Assembly (NCBI RefSeq): GCF_004010195.1
Contig: NC_057720.1
Location: forward strand, 26,486,890 to 26,550,889
Direction: 5' to 3'
Origin: Chiloscyllium plagiosum
Taxonomy: Eukaryota
DNA length: 64,000 nt
The notes under the pieces were generated by a model, which had not been told where the DNA came from, did not search any database, and saw only the letters and a program-made list of their open reading frames with translations. Position 1 is the first letter of the stretch. Each line of letters opens with the position of its first letter. The translations under genes were made by a program, and so were the position numbers. Below, piece after piece: positions 26,864 to 39,806 of this stretch.

Positions 26864-27814
26864 GTTGCCTCAACTCCACGGAGTGCCAGTAAATTAAACA
26901 CTAGGTTAACAAATTAGTTAATGAGATGGTATCCCTTAAATCTGAGTTTCTGTTACTGGTTTATCTAACTGCTGTACTACACGGCGGGCAGCACCACAGC
27001 AGAAATACCTGATGTGTTTTTAATGGATCTACATGAAGTGAACAATAAACAATTAATAGTTTGCTTCAATGAGTGATACAGGACAATGGGTTTCAGATTC
27101 TTCAACATTTTGGACTAACTCTGGGATGGAAGAAACCAATTTGAAACCAACAGGATGTACCGTAATGGGGCCATGTTACACTGGTGGAAGGAATACAGTT
27201 TTTAAATGTTGAATGCATTGCCAATTGAGTAAGCAGATGTTTAACAGGACTGGTATCAGAAGATGCTGTTGACTCACAGTACCTGGATCCGCTGAGCAAA
27301 GGCTCTCTGAGGACTGCTAACAGCCAAGAGAAGCTTCCTGGCTTTGTGTCTATACTAAATGACAAGACAATACAGCAATGCTATGAGCCTGGTGTGTCTG
27401 GTAGAGGGGCACATGAGGTAAGTTGACAATCTGGCATTTCCCATCATTAGCAATGTAATGGCACAGCAGTCACAAAACATGCTGCTCACACTGGATGATA
27501 TGCTTTCTCCCTCAACACTGTTTAACGACCTGGCCCAGCCACTTACCTGTCCTTAGCTACATTCTGCCGACACACTGAGTCACTCTACTGTCTCCAATGC
27601 CCACTGTAGACCCAGAGTTTTTCATAGTCCAGTTACAGAAGATCACGTACTGACAAGCAATTAGACACTTCTAAATATGAGCTTTCAGTTACAGCCAACA
27701 AAAACAACCACAGACAAAACGAATGGAGACTGCAGTTCACTGCCACAATTCAGCTCAAATGTTGGCTTGATGACCAATAACTATTTGACATTCCACAATT
27801 ACTCTCAGTTAATG

Positions 27815-28030
27815 GAGCTGAGAGGGGTGAATCTATGGAACTCATTGCCACCAAAGGCTATGGAGGCCATTGTCATTTATATATTTATGACAAAGATAGA
27901 TAGGTTCTTGATTAATAATAGAGTCAAGGGTTAAAGGAACGATGTAGGAGAATGGGGTTGAGAGGCATAGCCATGATCAAATAGCAGAGCAAATTGATGG
28001 GCCGAACGGCCTTCTGGTCTTACAGTGCTC
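27815..28030 (+). mobile_element. CR1 3' fragment
   Basis: VNLWNSLP..IDRFLI. Confidence 0.75.
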
Positions 28031-29386
28031 TGAAATGTACATCCAAAATTCCTAAGCATTCTGCAAGTGGATCAGAAAGCTGCCACGAGGATCTGGAGGG
28101 ATTGACAAACATCAGATGCCAACAACTGTGGATGATGACTACGTGTGCCTGGGGTCCAGGGATCATGCCCCGAGATGCTATTTCATACTAAGGCTCTTTG
28201 CAATCAGGGGTGAGCTGAAGTTGTCAGATACCCATTCTGATATCAATGCTGACAAGTCTTGGTCCTAATTTGCTTAGTGAGTTTAGTAAGATAGGAAACG
28301 GTATATTAATCTGGCGAGATATTCAGTTAATAAGATCTTAAAAAAACCTACCCATTTAATAGGCAAATCACTGCAGACTAGCAAGAATCTCACCTCAATG
28401 TTGGTAATGCATAAAAGATGCAAGTTGTTCCTACCATCGAGATAAATCACACCGGACCTCTTGCATGAATCTGTCTGAAATCTCACCATAACCCAGATTG
28501 ATCAGATCCCTACAACATGCCATTTTTTTTTTTTGGCTTGGGAAGAGAAGATAGATAGAAATACCTGCCAAGTTGAGGATACTTTGCCCCATCAATAAAC
28601 CTCAACATTTAATGCCAAGTACTTACCATGCACAACATCAAATTTCTGCCTCCCATCAGACCATGCAGTCCCCCAATAACGTCCATGGAAAGGACTCATA
28701 GATTGGACACCTCACCCCTCTAATCCCTGAAGGTAGGTATCTCTGGTTTTCCAGTCAGGAAATCAGCCATCTTTCTTGCCTGCTGGGAAGGCAGATAGTG
28801 GGGCAAGACGTGAGCTGTGGCTTATAACTGGCCATTAATTAACTACTTAAGGACCTTAATTGGTGGGAGATCAAGAAGATTGTCCAATGCACCCTTTTAC
28901 CCAGAACTTGGTGAGATGTTAAGATGATACTGGGTATCTCTTCAGGGCCAACCTGCCCCATTATTTTCCCATCTTGCCACCTCTCTCATTACCTCCAAGG
29001 ACAGGAAAATTTCACGCTTAGACGGGATTTTACAATAGAGGTGAGTCATATGATTCATAGGTATAGGATTTGTTATCAAGAATAGGGAGTCATTTGTCAG
29101 AAAGAGAGATCAACAAACAGTCTACAGTTTTTATTGTTGATGGTCCAGACTATGATAGAGTGAAATGTGCCGCAGAGAAAGTTAAGCAGGGAAAAAAAAT
29201 GCATCATGTTAATAAGGTAACAAAAAACAGAGCACTGGGATCCACTGGCAGGGACAAGAGTTTGCCTTACGACCGGCATTGGGGTGAGTTGCCCTGAATT
29301 TATATCCATGTTAATGATGGGAAAAGCTTACTGTGATAAGTTGGTCTGCAACACCGGCGATTGAGGATTCGAGAAACAGAATCAAG

Positions 29387-29525
29387 GTTCTGAGGAAAGC
29401 GTCACTGGACCCGAAACGTTAACTTTGATTCCTCTTTACACATGCTGCCAGATCTGCGGAGCTTTTCCAGCAACCTCTGTTTTTGTTTTTGATTCACAGC
29501 ATCCACAGCTCTTTTGATTTTTATT
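29387..29525 (+). mobile_element. PLE-type family D short element beginning with a hammerhead motif
   Basis: GUU-CUGAGGA-AA-GCGUC actg GACCC-GAA-ACGU-U-AAC; flanks cagaatcaaggtt/cagaatgaagatt. Confidence 0.7.
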
Positions 29526-30570
29526 CAGAATGAAGATTGTGATTGCCTTATTGTCTACATTGGCTCAGAGTCGACGTGGTTGGCATTTGCTTCCTTTAAT
29601 GTGAGGAGTTGAAGATGGAAAGGAAGGTATTTATATTTGGGACAGAGAGTTGATTACCAACACAAGCACAAATTGGCTGAGTCACTCAACTCTGTTTTAC
29701 CTGGCTGATATAGAAATAAATGGCTCAGATTAGGATGAAGGTTAAGATAGATATGCTCTTTACTTTGGTAAGCGTGTTTTATGAAACCCATGAGCATAAT
29801 TTAGAATATCTATGTTAACAACTCCATCTGGGAGGTTTCATTTCAAACAGTGAGCACAATCTGTTGCTTTACACAATTTTGTTCATTTTGTTTCAATGAC
29901 ATGGCACACTCTTCTTGCGAAGTGGAGGTGGCAGCCAAGGAAATGCAAGCAGATGCTGAAGCAGCCTGGCTCAGATACAGAATGTTGGAATCCTGGATGA
30001 TACTAAAATAGGTAGGAAAGCAGGCTGTCATGAGGAAATAAAGAGCTGACTGATGGATATTGATAGGCTCAGAAAATAGGCAAGAGTCTAGCAGCTGGAG
30101 TTTAAGGCGGGTATGAGGTTGACCATTTGGATCAGAAAAAATGGAAAGCAGATTCAAAGTGCATCAGTACAGAGAGATCTGGGTGTCTTAGTGCATGAAT
30201 CAATGAAAATTGGCATGCAAATGCAGCATAAAATAAAAAAAAGTCAATGAAATCTTATTGCAAAGGACTGGATTATGAAAGTAAACAAGTCTAGTTTCAA
30301 TTCTATCAGGTTTTGGTGAGACCATACCTTGAATATTATTTCCACTTTTGGGTCTCCTTACTTGAAGAAGGATGTGACGGCACTGGAGGCAATTCAAAGA
30401 AGGTTCACCAGGTTGATTCCAGGGATGGAAGGGCTGTCATATGAGGAGCAATTGAATAGCTTTGGTTTGCACTCACTGGAATTCAGAAGAATGAGGGGGG
30501 ATCTGATTGAGGTGTATAAAATTTTAAAGGGGCTTGATAAGGTGGACATTGAACAGATGGTCCCCCTTAT

Positions 30571-30921
30571 AGAACACTTCAACCCCAGGGCATCAATGTG
30601 GACTTCAACAGTTTCCTCATTTTCCCTTCCCCCACCTCACCCCAGTTCCAAACTTCCAGCTCAGCACTGTCCCCATGACTTGTCCTACCTGCCTATCTTC
30701 TTTTCCATCTATCCACTCCACCCTCCCCCCCTTTCTCCCCACCTCCACCCTCCTCTCACTTATCTCTCCACCCTTCAGGCTCTCTGCCTGTATTCCTGAT
30801 GAAGGGCTTTTGCCAGAAACATCGATTTTACTGCTCCTCGGATGCTCCCTGAACTACTGTGCTTTTCCAGCACCACTCTCATCTAAACTCTGGTTTCCAG
30901 TATCTGCAGTCATTGTTTTTA
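30571..30921 (+). mobile_element. 5'-truncated PLE family B with mutated hammerhead
   Basis: attcCTGATGAagggcttttgccaGAAAcatcgat ~30793-30827; TSD ccccttat (30563-30570, 30922-30929). Confidence 0.85.
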
Positions 30922-31007
30922 CCCCTTATGGGACAATCTGAAAGAAGAGGTCATGGATGTAGAATGAGAGGTGGTAGGTTCAAAACTGAGATTAAGAGAA
31001 ACTATTT

Positions 31008-31324
31008 GTGGGCGGCACGGTGGCACAGTGGTTAGCACTGCTGCTTCACAGCGCCAGAGACCCGGGTTCAATTCCCGCCTCAGGCGACTGACTGTGTGGA
31101 GTTTGCACGTTCTCCCCGTGTCTGCGTGGGTTTCCTCCGGGTGCTCCGGTTTCCTCCCACCATCCAAAGATGTGCAGGGTCAGGTGAATTGGCCATACTA
31201 AATTGCCCGTAGTGTTAGGTAAGGGGTAAATGTAGGGGTATGGGTGGGTTTCGCTTCGGCGGGTCGGTGTGGACTTGTTGGGCCGAAGGGCCTGTTTCCA
31301 CACTGTAATCTAATCTAATCTAAT
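31008..31324 (+). mobile_element. Full-length young HE1 V-SINE
   Basis: A box tggcacagtgg, B box ggttcaattcc, V-domain, (taatc)n tail, TSD ctattt. Confidence 0.93.
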
Positions 31325-32071
31325 CTATTTCTCTCAGGGAGTTGTGAACCTGTGGAACTCACTACCCCAGAGTGCAGTGGAGGCAGAATCAATCAACAGA
31401 TTCAAGAAAGAAATAGATATCTTTCTGATAAAAAGTGGGATATGGGGCTATGAAGAGCAGGCAGGAAAGTGGAGTTGAAATCAGGATAAGATCAGCAATG
31501 ATCAAGTTAAATGGTAGTTCAGGCTCGAAGGGCTGAGTTGCTTACTCCCGCTTCTAATTCCTATGTTTCTACATTCCTCGAAGGAGAACTTTCATGAGGC
31601 TTTGTAGCCATTTATACAGAGGACCACATTGTTCTCCAATGAGCTGTCCATGTATAATTCCTTCTCTGTCTAATAATACAAGCACTAATGACGCAGGGAA
31701 GACATTTTGATGTTTCCTGGATAGCATGATGATGGTGGTTCTTGTGATAAAATGACACCTCAGCGTTCACGGAATACAAACCTTGACAGCAATTTTGCTT
31801 GGACTATCACTTTCAGTAGTCACTGGACAAAAATTACCAAGTCAAAGAGTTTGTACAGGAGCCCCATGCATTGCAACCTTTAAATCACCCTCTTTTTATG
31901 GTCAGCACACACAGCAGATTCTAAATATGTACTTGCATTATAATCCTGTAGCAGAGTTAGGAGCCAGGCATTATTTTCACATCAGCAAATGCTTTCACCA
32001 ATGCTTCTTAAATCAACCCCATAACTGGTGGGTGGTGCAGGGCAGAAAATGTTCCATACCAATGCTCTTTC

Positions 32072-32196
32072 ACTCACTTGATGAAGAGGCAGTGCCTCAG
32101 TAGTTGTGCTTCCAAATAAACCTGTTAGACTATAATCTGGTATTGTGTGATTTTTAACTTTGGACACCCCAGTCCAACATCAGCACCTTCAAATCA
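32072..32196 (+). mobile_element. PLE family A terminal-repeat copy (decayed hammerhead)
   Basis: cacttgatgaag...aataaacctgttagactataatctgg...ccccagtccaac. Confidence 0.8.
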
Positions 32197-32674
32197 GAAC
32201 TTAAAACACTAAATATTAGGTAGACATCTCTCTTCTACTGGGCTGGCATTTTTGTGCTGATTGCTTTGACTTATTTTTGAAGGGGCTGAATAACCTGTGG
32301 GCAGCTGAAGGGATTACTGAGTTTGCTGTTTATCTGAAAATGCTCTCGATTTTTTCCTAACATAGTTGTAAAATGTTGATTATAATATTGGTTTAGACAT
32401 CCTTGCAAGACTTTCCATACTTCATTTTTATGCTGACTTTATTGCCACTGTTTGTTATTCTTTGTATTCCCCATTGCCAGGACCTATACTCGTGTTTCCA
32501 TTTTTGAATGCCTTTTTCTTTTAGTTTCATATTGCCTCATAAACTCTTGCCTCTTTAGACATGCATGCTTTTCTTTAAGTTCTTGCCTGTAAAATATATT
32601 AACTGACTCTCAATTCACGCTAACTGATTTTTTGAATCCCTCCCATAGACTTAGTGTTTGTTTACTGATTATCA

Positions 32675-32797
32675 GTCAGAGGGAATGGGTCTGGGTGGGT
32701 TACTCTTCGGAGGGTTGGTGTGGATTGGTTGGGCGGAAGGGCCTGTTTCCACACTGTAGGGAATCTAATCTAATCTAATCAAAATCTAATCTAATCT
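32675..32797 (+). mobile_element. HE1 SINE 3' part
   Basis: gggcctgtttccacactgtagggaatctaatctaatc. Confidence 0.85.
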
Positions 32798-32838
32798 TGC
32801 CAATTTACTGTTGGATAGTCTGCCCTATCATATTAAAG

Positions 32839-33041
32839 CTGGAAATGTGTTGCTGGAAAAGCGCAGCAGGTCAGACAGCATCCAGGGAACAGGAGAATCG
32901 ACGTTTCGGGCATAAGCCCTTCTTCAGGACTTATGCCCGAAACGTCGATTCTCCTGTTCCCTGGATGCTGTCTGACCTGCTGCGCTTTTCCAGCAACACA
33001 TTTCCAGCTCTGATCTCCAGCATCTGCAGACCTCACTTTCT
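32839..33041. mobile_element. Palindromic PLE family B mini-element
   Basis: Perfect 80-bp arms 32837-32916 / 32930-33009; 15-bp TSD cctatcatattaaag; intact hammerhead core on the minus strand. Confidence 0.92.
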
Positions 33042-33112
33042 CCTATCATATTAAAGTCAATCTTAACTAAATCTAAAATCCCAGCAAATATATCACTTAT
33101 CTTCCTTTTGAA

Positions 33113-33373
33113 TTGGAGGTGTTGGACTGGGGTGTACAAAGTTAAAAATCACACAACACCAGGTTATAGTCCAACAGGTTTAATTGGAAGCACATTAGCT
33201 TTCGGAGTGACACTCCTTCATCAGGTGGTGGTGGAGGTCTCAATCCTAACACACAGAATTTATAGCAAAATTTGAGTCCTCCACTACCACCTGATGAAGG
33301 AGCATCGCTCCGAAAGCTAGTATGCTTCCAAATAAACCTGTTGGACTATAACCTGGTGTTGTGTGATTTTTAA
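33113..33373. mobile_element. Palindromic PLE family A mini-element with hammerhead cores on both strands
   Basis: TSD cttccttttgaa (33101-33112, 33374-33385); + core 33288-33322, - core ~33196-33227. Confidence 0.9.
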
Positions 33374-33734
33374 CTTCCTTTTGAACAAATGTAGTCTCAA
33401 ATATTGTGATCCTTATTGGGTAAATGTTAATTAATTAATTAAATCTGGTTTATCCTTATCACTAAATGGAGTGTTGGTTCCCAATACAGAAAACTATCCT
33501 ACTAACGTTGTGATGAGGTAATCTGCTCATCTGTTCATATGAAAGTGAAATCTACTATTCAACATGATTCATTTATGTTACTTGCTTACCTAATCACTGC
33601 ATTTTATATTTTCTACTATTTTACAACTGCTGTGGAGTCTGGGGAAGGGGGTGAGGTGCGAGACAATGCTATAAATAACTCCCACTGTAGTCTTTAATTC
33701 TTTTCAATTTCTTCAAACTACCTTAAAGAATTAA

Positions 33735-34165
33735 TTATCAAGGAAGAGACATTGAACAGTGTAGGCCTATATTCGCTGAAATTTAGAAGAATGAGGGAGA
33801 TCAAATTGAGATATTCAAGATGATAAAAGATACAGATAAAATAGATGTGGAGCAGATACTTACTCTTGAGGGACATTCCAGGAAGAGAGGCCGTAGTCTT
33901 AGGATAAGGGGTAGCAAATTTAAACCAGAGTTGAGGAGAAACTACTTCTCTGCGAATCTGTGGAATTCGCTGCCTCAAAGTGTGGTGAATGCTGGCACAG
34001 TGAGTAAATTTAAGGAGGAGTTAGACAGATTTTTAATTAGTAATGGGTTGAAGGGTTATGGGGTGAGGACAGGAAATTGGGAGTGAGAAGCATATCAACC
34101 AGAATCGAATGGCAGAGCAATCCCAATGGACCAAATAGCCTAATTACGCTCTTAATTTGTATGAA
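33735..34165 (+). mobile_element. CR1 3' fragment
   Basis: RGRSLRIRG..NLWNSLP..FKEELDRFL. Confidence 0.85.
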
Positions 34166-34324
34166 CGTATGAAGATACTACCTGTCTTATCATGGAAGTA
34201 TTCATTAAAGGTATTGATCAACCTCCATTGGTTTTCCCTATTTCCTGAAGGCCTTCTAACTTTGTATATTTTGATATACCTTTTTTGCATCACAGCTAAA
34301 TCACAAGTGTTCTTTTTCTATATA

Positions 34325-34545
34325 TTCATTTGTGGGCATCGCTAGCTGGCTAGTATTTATTGCCTATCCCTAGTTGCCCTTGAGAAGGTGGTGGTGAGCT
34401 ACCTCCTTGAACCACTGCAGTCTACCTGCTGTGAGTTGATCCACAATGCCATAAGGGAGAGACTTCCAGGATTTTAAACCAGCGATAGTGAAGGAACAGC
34501 GATATATTTCCAGGTCAGGATGGTGAGTTGCTTGGAGGGGAACTT
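34325..34545 (-). mobile_element. LINE 3' tail of the 25260-type family
   Basis: tatttattgcctatccctagttgcccttgagaaggtggtggtgagc. Confidence 0.65.
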
Positions 34546-36903
34546 AATACTGTGTGTTCTCTAGGTTGTATTTGCTTTAGCTTACACAAGCATAAAGCAT
34601 ATTTTACCATGTCTAAAAAGTAAAAATTCACATTTTCAGCAATGATTCAATTATATGAGTAATAATAGAAAAACCATGTTATGATTACAAATTATAGCAA
34701 CGCTGGACAAATCAGGTCCAGCATAAAACCTAGCTTGACAGATCATACATTTAAATTTCTATAATTGGTTAACACGGTGGTTTCGTAGAAACAAGGCTAC
34801 AGTTGTTATTTAACAATAGAATATAAGTATATTACACAAAGAAGAGAAACAAAGGAATCTATATATACAGAAGATAGTCAGAAAGATCTTGATATAAACA
34901 TGAAAACATATTCAACCTAATTTTCCAAATTCACCATTATAGAGATTCAGCCCCATGAAATGTTACTCTTATCTCAGCTTTTAAATCTTTACTTAAGTGA
35001 TGCTTTGCTTGAACTGTGAATAACTGCAAGACCACAGTTATTGTTCATTTATTGCATGCCTTGAAGAGGTAATGTTTAGCATTCTCCTTCTCGGGATTGT
35101 AATTCAACAATGGTGTTAGAAAATTCCACCAAACTATGTCGCAATGAAGGAAGAACAATACGTGTCCAAGTTAGGATAATGTGTGCTTTGGTAGTGATCA
35201 GCTTGCAGAGTTTAAGATGCTAATATTCCAATGATGTTGCTTCTCTGTGTATGAGTACATTACTCAAAAGTTACTCATTTGAAGTGTTAAGGATTAATGA
35301 TATCAAAAATGGTTCCTCACTTAATTTGATGAAGGTTGCCTCTCTGATAATAGGCTTAATTGGTGCATTTAGTTCATTGACACTTAGTTTTCTGTTAAAA
35401 CTCAAATCGGAATTTAACATAACAAATACCATTAAACAAAAAACATCTTCTATTTCAAATATATCAAGCTAAAAATTACCAAAACTCACAAAATAGGCTT
35501 TTGATTTTTTAGATTGACATGTCAAATATTATTCACTCTAAAAATGTGCATCTTCAAAGTGACTAATAACTCCCTTCAATTTAGAAACAAACTCCTAGGA
35601 TGTACACAATATTAATTTTGCATATTAACCTATTTAAGTTAGACTTAGTTAGACTTAGTAAACAATGATCAGAAAGGTTGATTGACATTCTTTGGGATTT
35701 TCAAAACAAATGCACTATGACGACAAGCTTGTCTGATTAACTATATTAAGGCACTTCATTAAGAAAGGAAGCCAAAAGTCAAAGGATGTATTTGCAGTAT
35801 TATAGAAATAATTGTCCTACCACTTGTTTAGTTGTCAACAGAGTCATGATGTGTTTGGTAGATGGTTGTTATAAGAAGTTTGTTATGATCCATAATCAAC
35901 AAGGTAATAATATTCATCCAAAAGAATTTAAGAAGAAAATAGGAAATGGATTAGACTTTAAGCTCTACAACAGTTAGATTCTTTCTCTCATGAGATTTTT
36001 AGTTCTTCGTTGAAATAAGGTTCTATTCCCCAAATTGTTCTCATATCATTATATTCTCGAGGTGGTCAGTTTGTAATCCAACCATACCATAATATTGAAG
36101 TTACTGGAAAACATAAAACCAATTTCCCACAACAGAATCTATTTAATCAAATTCCTGTATATGACAATACTGTGCTGACTGTTGCTCACTTTCTGCTTCA
36201 CAATGGATTTTTAATAGCAAGGACACTGAATTAGTCAGTGCTCTGAATAATCATCTAATGACTGGAGATCTTTGAGATCCATTTCATTGATTTTTATGCT
36301 AAACAGGAGAGAATTATTGCTGAGTGGTCTTGCATTCTGTATTTAATTTTCAAAGTTTTTATAGCACAAAAACAATCACTTGGACCAATAGATCTATCTA
36401 GGGCTTAAAAAATATATCAATGAGGTCAATTTTAAAGTTGTTGTTGAGGCAGGCAGCATGCAAACTTTGTGCTCCCTTCTCATTTAAATGATAGAAATGC
36501 TGGGCTCAGGGGAAATGTCTTGCTGACTGCCTAAGCACGCTAATCCTAAAAGAGGTTCGGAGATTCAAGTTGCAGCCTTAATGTTGGGGCCAATAGAGAG
36601 AGGTCATGGTTGTGCATGGGGCAAGGAGGTCCTCCAAAAGTAGATGGAAGCAAATGCCCAGGGAGGTTAATGATTGAAATCGGATCCAAAGGACTTGACA
36701 GGAGTTCACAAGGAGCCTTGACTGGTGGTCAAGATAAACAGATACATCTGAAATGAACATCTATTACCTGCCATTTTCATAGCCTCTGGTGTCCTACAGC
36801 CCCATCACGAACTCAGCTGGTATAACTGGATTCAAGTTTAACATTCAGAATCTCCATCTCACCATTACTTGATTCCCACATACAACCACCAGTTTAGATA
36901 TTG

Positions 36904-37013
36904 AGCAGCGCTCCAAAATTTAGTGCTTCCAATTAAACCTGTTGGACTATAACCTGGTGTTGTGTGATTTTTAACTTTGTACACCCCAGTCCAACACTGG
37001 CATCTCCAAATCA
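36904..37013 (+). mobile_element. PLE family A terminal-repeat copy
   Basis: Perfect 13-bp TSD agtttagatattg (36891-36903, 37014-37026); starts inside hammerhead stem II. Confidence 0.9.
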
Positions 37014-37931
37014 AGTTTAGATATTGGTACTGCACAAATTTTAAAGGGTGGTGTTGAATCAGAATTAACACTTGGCAAGTCATCAGTCACAAGTGGGCTG
37101 CAGCCAGACCAGAGAGAAGGATAATTCACATTCAACTCAGCAAAAGAGACAGCTGTAGATACATCCAGCTGCAGAGATCACTGATGAGTCCTTTTGCTGA
37201 GGTATCTAATGAATAGACGCATCAAGAAACTTGCTGCATTCACAGGCATGCCACAGAGTATTGTGTCGCTTCCACGGGCCATGTGGATTAAGGGGTTAAT
37301 TATTCTTTATGTTACGAACGGTGCAACAAGGTATGTCATGTTGAAAGGAATTGGAATGTGAACCTGTAGGGCACCAGAAATTATCATTCTTTGCACATAT
37401 ATTTAATAAAGCCAATTCAGATTCATTAACAAGAATGTGGACCTGAGCTTATTTTGTAGTGGCATATGGTGACTGGACTCATTGCTTCATTGGGTCCTGG
37501 CCAATTGCCTCCAATTCAAAACACAGAGGCAGCCCAGTGGTGCGGGTGAAGGATGAGGATACTATAGCAATTGGACTCCAGAAATATGGTAAATACCTAA
37601 ACAGAAGCTGGGTGGGGACAGGGAGCAGCAGGTGATGAACTACAAAGCCACATTTGAGTACCAGAGTTGAGAGAGGGAAAACGTGCACTGCTTGGTGCAG
37701 ATACTGCTGTCCCTTTTGAAGATTCACTCATTCGTCTGAGGTAACAAAGAGGTAAAGTTTGCTACTTATGTCATCAATTGCAATGACAGAACTTGAAATG
37801 ACAAGTACTTGCAACAACAGCAACCGCAACTAACATTACAGGTAGATGAAGAAATTCCTTCCTCTAATGAAATTCTGGAGCAAAACAGGGCAACAGAAAG
37901 AGACCAAAATCCTGACATCTCAGCTGCTGTC

Positions 37932-38440
37932 AGACCATACCATATAGGAGCAGACACTGTCAGTCCATCGGATCTACTCAGCCAGTGAGAGATTATGGCT
38001 GATCTGATTGTCTTTGGCTTCAGTTTCTTGCCTTGTTCCCGTAACCCATGACTCCCTTACTGCTTAAAATATATCTCAGCCATGAATATACTTAATGATG
38101 TAGCGTCTACAGCCATATGTGGTACAGAATTTCATGGCTTCACCATCCTCTCAGAGAGGAATTGCGTCCTCATCTCCATCTTATGTGGCTGATCCAACAA
38201 GCTGAATCTAAGCCTATGTCCCAGATTCTCCCTGAAGGAGAAACAACCTTCTCACATCTACAGTGTCAAATCTCCTAAGAATCTAATGTTCCAATAAAGG
38301 TCACCTCTCACCTTCCCAAACTTCAATAAGTTAAAGTCTAACCTGCCCACAACCTCTCCTTGCAAAAAGCTCTATCTATGTCAAGGATCAACCGAGTGAA
38401 TCTTTCTAGAGTACCTCCTATGCCAGTTTATCATTCCATT
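37932..38440 (-). mobile_element. Degenerate CR1 3' part
   Basis: Reverse-strand CR1 C-terminal and tail signature (tatatctcagccatgaatatac, ataggagcaga). Confidence 0.7.
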
Positions 38441-38454
38441 GACAATTTTTTAAG

Positions 38455-38790
38455 TCATTCATTAGATGTAGGTATCACTGGCTAGACTAGCATTTATTGT
38501 CCTTCCCTAATTATCCAAAGGGTAGTTAAGAGTCAATCACATTGCTATCGGTCTGGAGTCACATGTGGGCCAGACCAGGGAATGATGGCAGATTTCTTTC
38601 CCTAAAGAACATCAGTGAACCACATGGGTTTTTTTTCTGACAATCAATAATGGCTTCAGGGCCATAGTCATCACTATTTCAGATTTTTTAAAATTAAATT
38701 CAAACTTCACCATTTTCTGTTTTGGAATTCGGACCTGGGTCCCCAGAACATTTCAGATTAATAGTCGAATGATGACACCACTAGGCCAGA
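38455..38790 (-). mobile_element. SacSINE1/DeuSINE-like SINE
   Basis: gtctggagtcacatgtgggccagaccaggg..ggtccccagaacatt. Confidence 0.7.
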
Positions 38791-39734
38791 ACCATGACCA
38801 TCTTCCTTCACGTCAGGCATGACTCCAACCAAAGGAGCGATTTACCCTGATTCCCATTTTTGCTAAATGACAAATTTGGTCAAATGTGACCTTATATATG
38901 GCAGAATCTAAATGGAGTGTTAGAGAGTAGGTTGTTGCTGAGTGAGGGCCATTTGATAGCATTGTCAACAATACCTTGAATCACATTGCTGATGATTGAG
39001 AGTACACTAATGGGGCAAGAACAGCCTGAGTTGGTTTTGTGGTGCACTTATTTTGGATAAGACATACCTGGGTAATATTCCACATTGCCAGTAGATGCTG
39101 GGGTTGTAACTGTACTCAGCACTTTGGCTGCTGAAGAACAAGAATTCAGTATGATTTCCTGGAAGTTCCCAGGGCCTATGATCTCCCAGTATCCAGTGGC
39201 TTCAGATATTTGTTGATAACAACTGTTGAAGGAAAGGTGTGCAATTCATCTACATTTTAATGTAATGCATTTTGAATTTTAAAGTGGCAGCACATGAGTT
39301 TTCTCAGTACATGAAGCAGCTTAATATTGAACTTGAAAGTATTTCTGTAGCCATGGTAATTTATTTTAATAAACAATATGAGAAGCTGTTTTTTGGAGGC
39401 TATTGGGAATTTGTTTACCTTTGACTCGAAAAACTCATCAACAAAGTAAAAATTGTGTATTACACTTCCGATAGAATGTTGTGGACTGGATTTCTTTCTC
39501 GGTTCAGGGAAACGCACATTGTTTGAAGAAAGGCCTTTGGTTTCAGATTTGCAGAATTCCTGAGTAAAATTAAATGCATCAGACATTTGCTCCTGAAAAT
39601 ATGAGATAATTTGGAACTGTCAGACATGGTAACACAATGATAATGTGATTAAACTGGCACTCCAAAGAACTGGTCTAATGATTCAAGATGGGAGTTCATA
39701 TCCCACTATGACAGCTGGGAATTTAAATATGAAG

Positions 39735-39806
39735 GGTTTCATGGTGCAGTGGTTATCACATCTGCCCTACATGCAGAAGGTCCTGGTTTAATTCCCAGTG
39801 GAACCA
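39735..39806 (+). pseudogene. tRNA-Val(TAC) pseudogene
   Basis: GGTTTCATGGTGCAGTGGTTATCACATCTGCCCTACATGCAGAAGGTCCTGGTTTAATTCCCAGTGGAACCA; matches vertebrate tRNA-Val(TAC), but C at position 33 and a damaged T-loop/B box. Confidence 0.85.

Larger units (their letters stand above)
30050..31570 (+). mobile_element. CR1 LINE with two nested insertions
   Basis: SPYLKKDV..LEAIQRRFTRLIPG..GDLIEVYKIL; resumes at 30930 and 31325. Confidence 0.88.

Noticed and set aside
26517..26917. Pro-, Glu-, Gly- and Ser-rich ORFs as real proteins, or a selenoprotein exon
   Set aside because: Explained by the (GAG)n tract; no recognisable domain or SECIS.
31010..31085. tRNA gene
   Set aside because: It is the tRNA-derived head of an HE1 SINE.
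32797..33139. Recurrent small ORF MCCWKSAAGQ... (also at 50876)
   Set aside because: Chance frame on the antisense of the family B repeat, duplicated by the palindrome.
33196..33227. Apparent compensatory change in stem II (GGAGT/ACTCC)
   Set aside because: Both changes can arise by CpG decay of ggagcgtcgctcc, so this is not evidence of selection.
33113..33373. Palindromes as DNA-transposon MITEs or miRNA genes
   Set aside because: Variable TSD length, asymmetric arms and identity with PLE terminal repeats point to retrotransposition.
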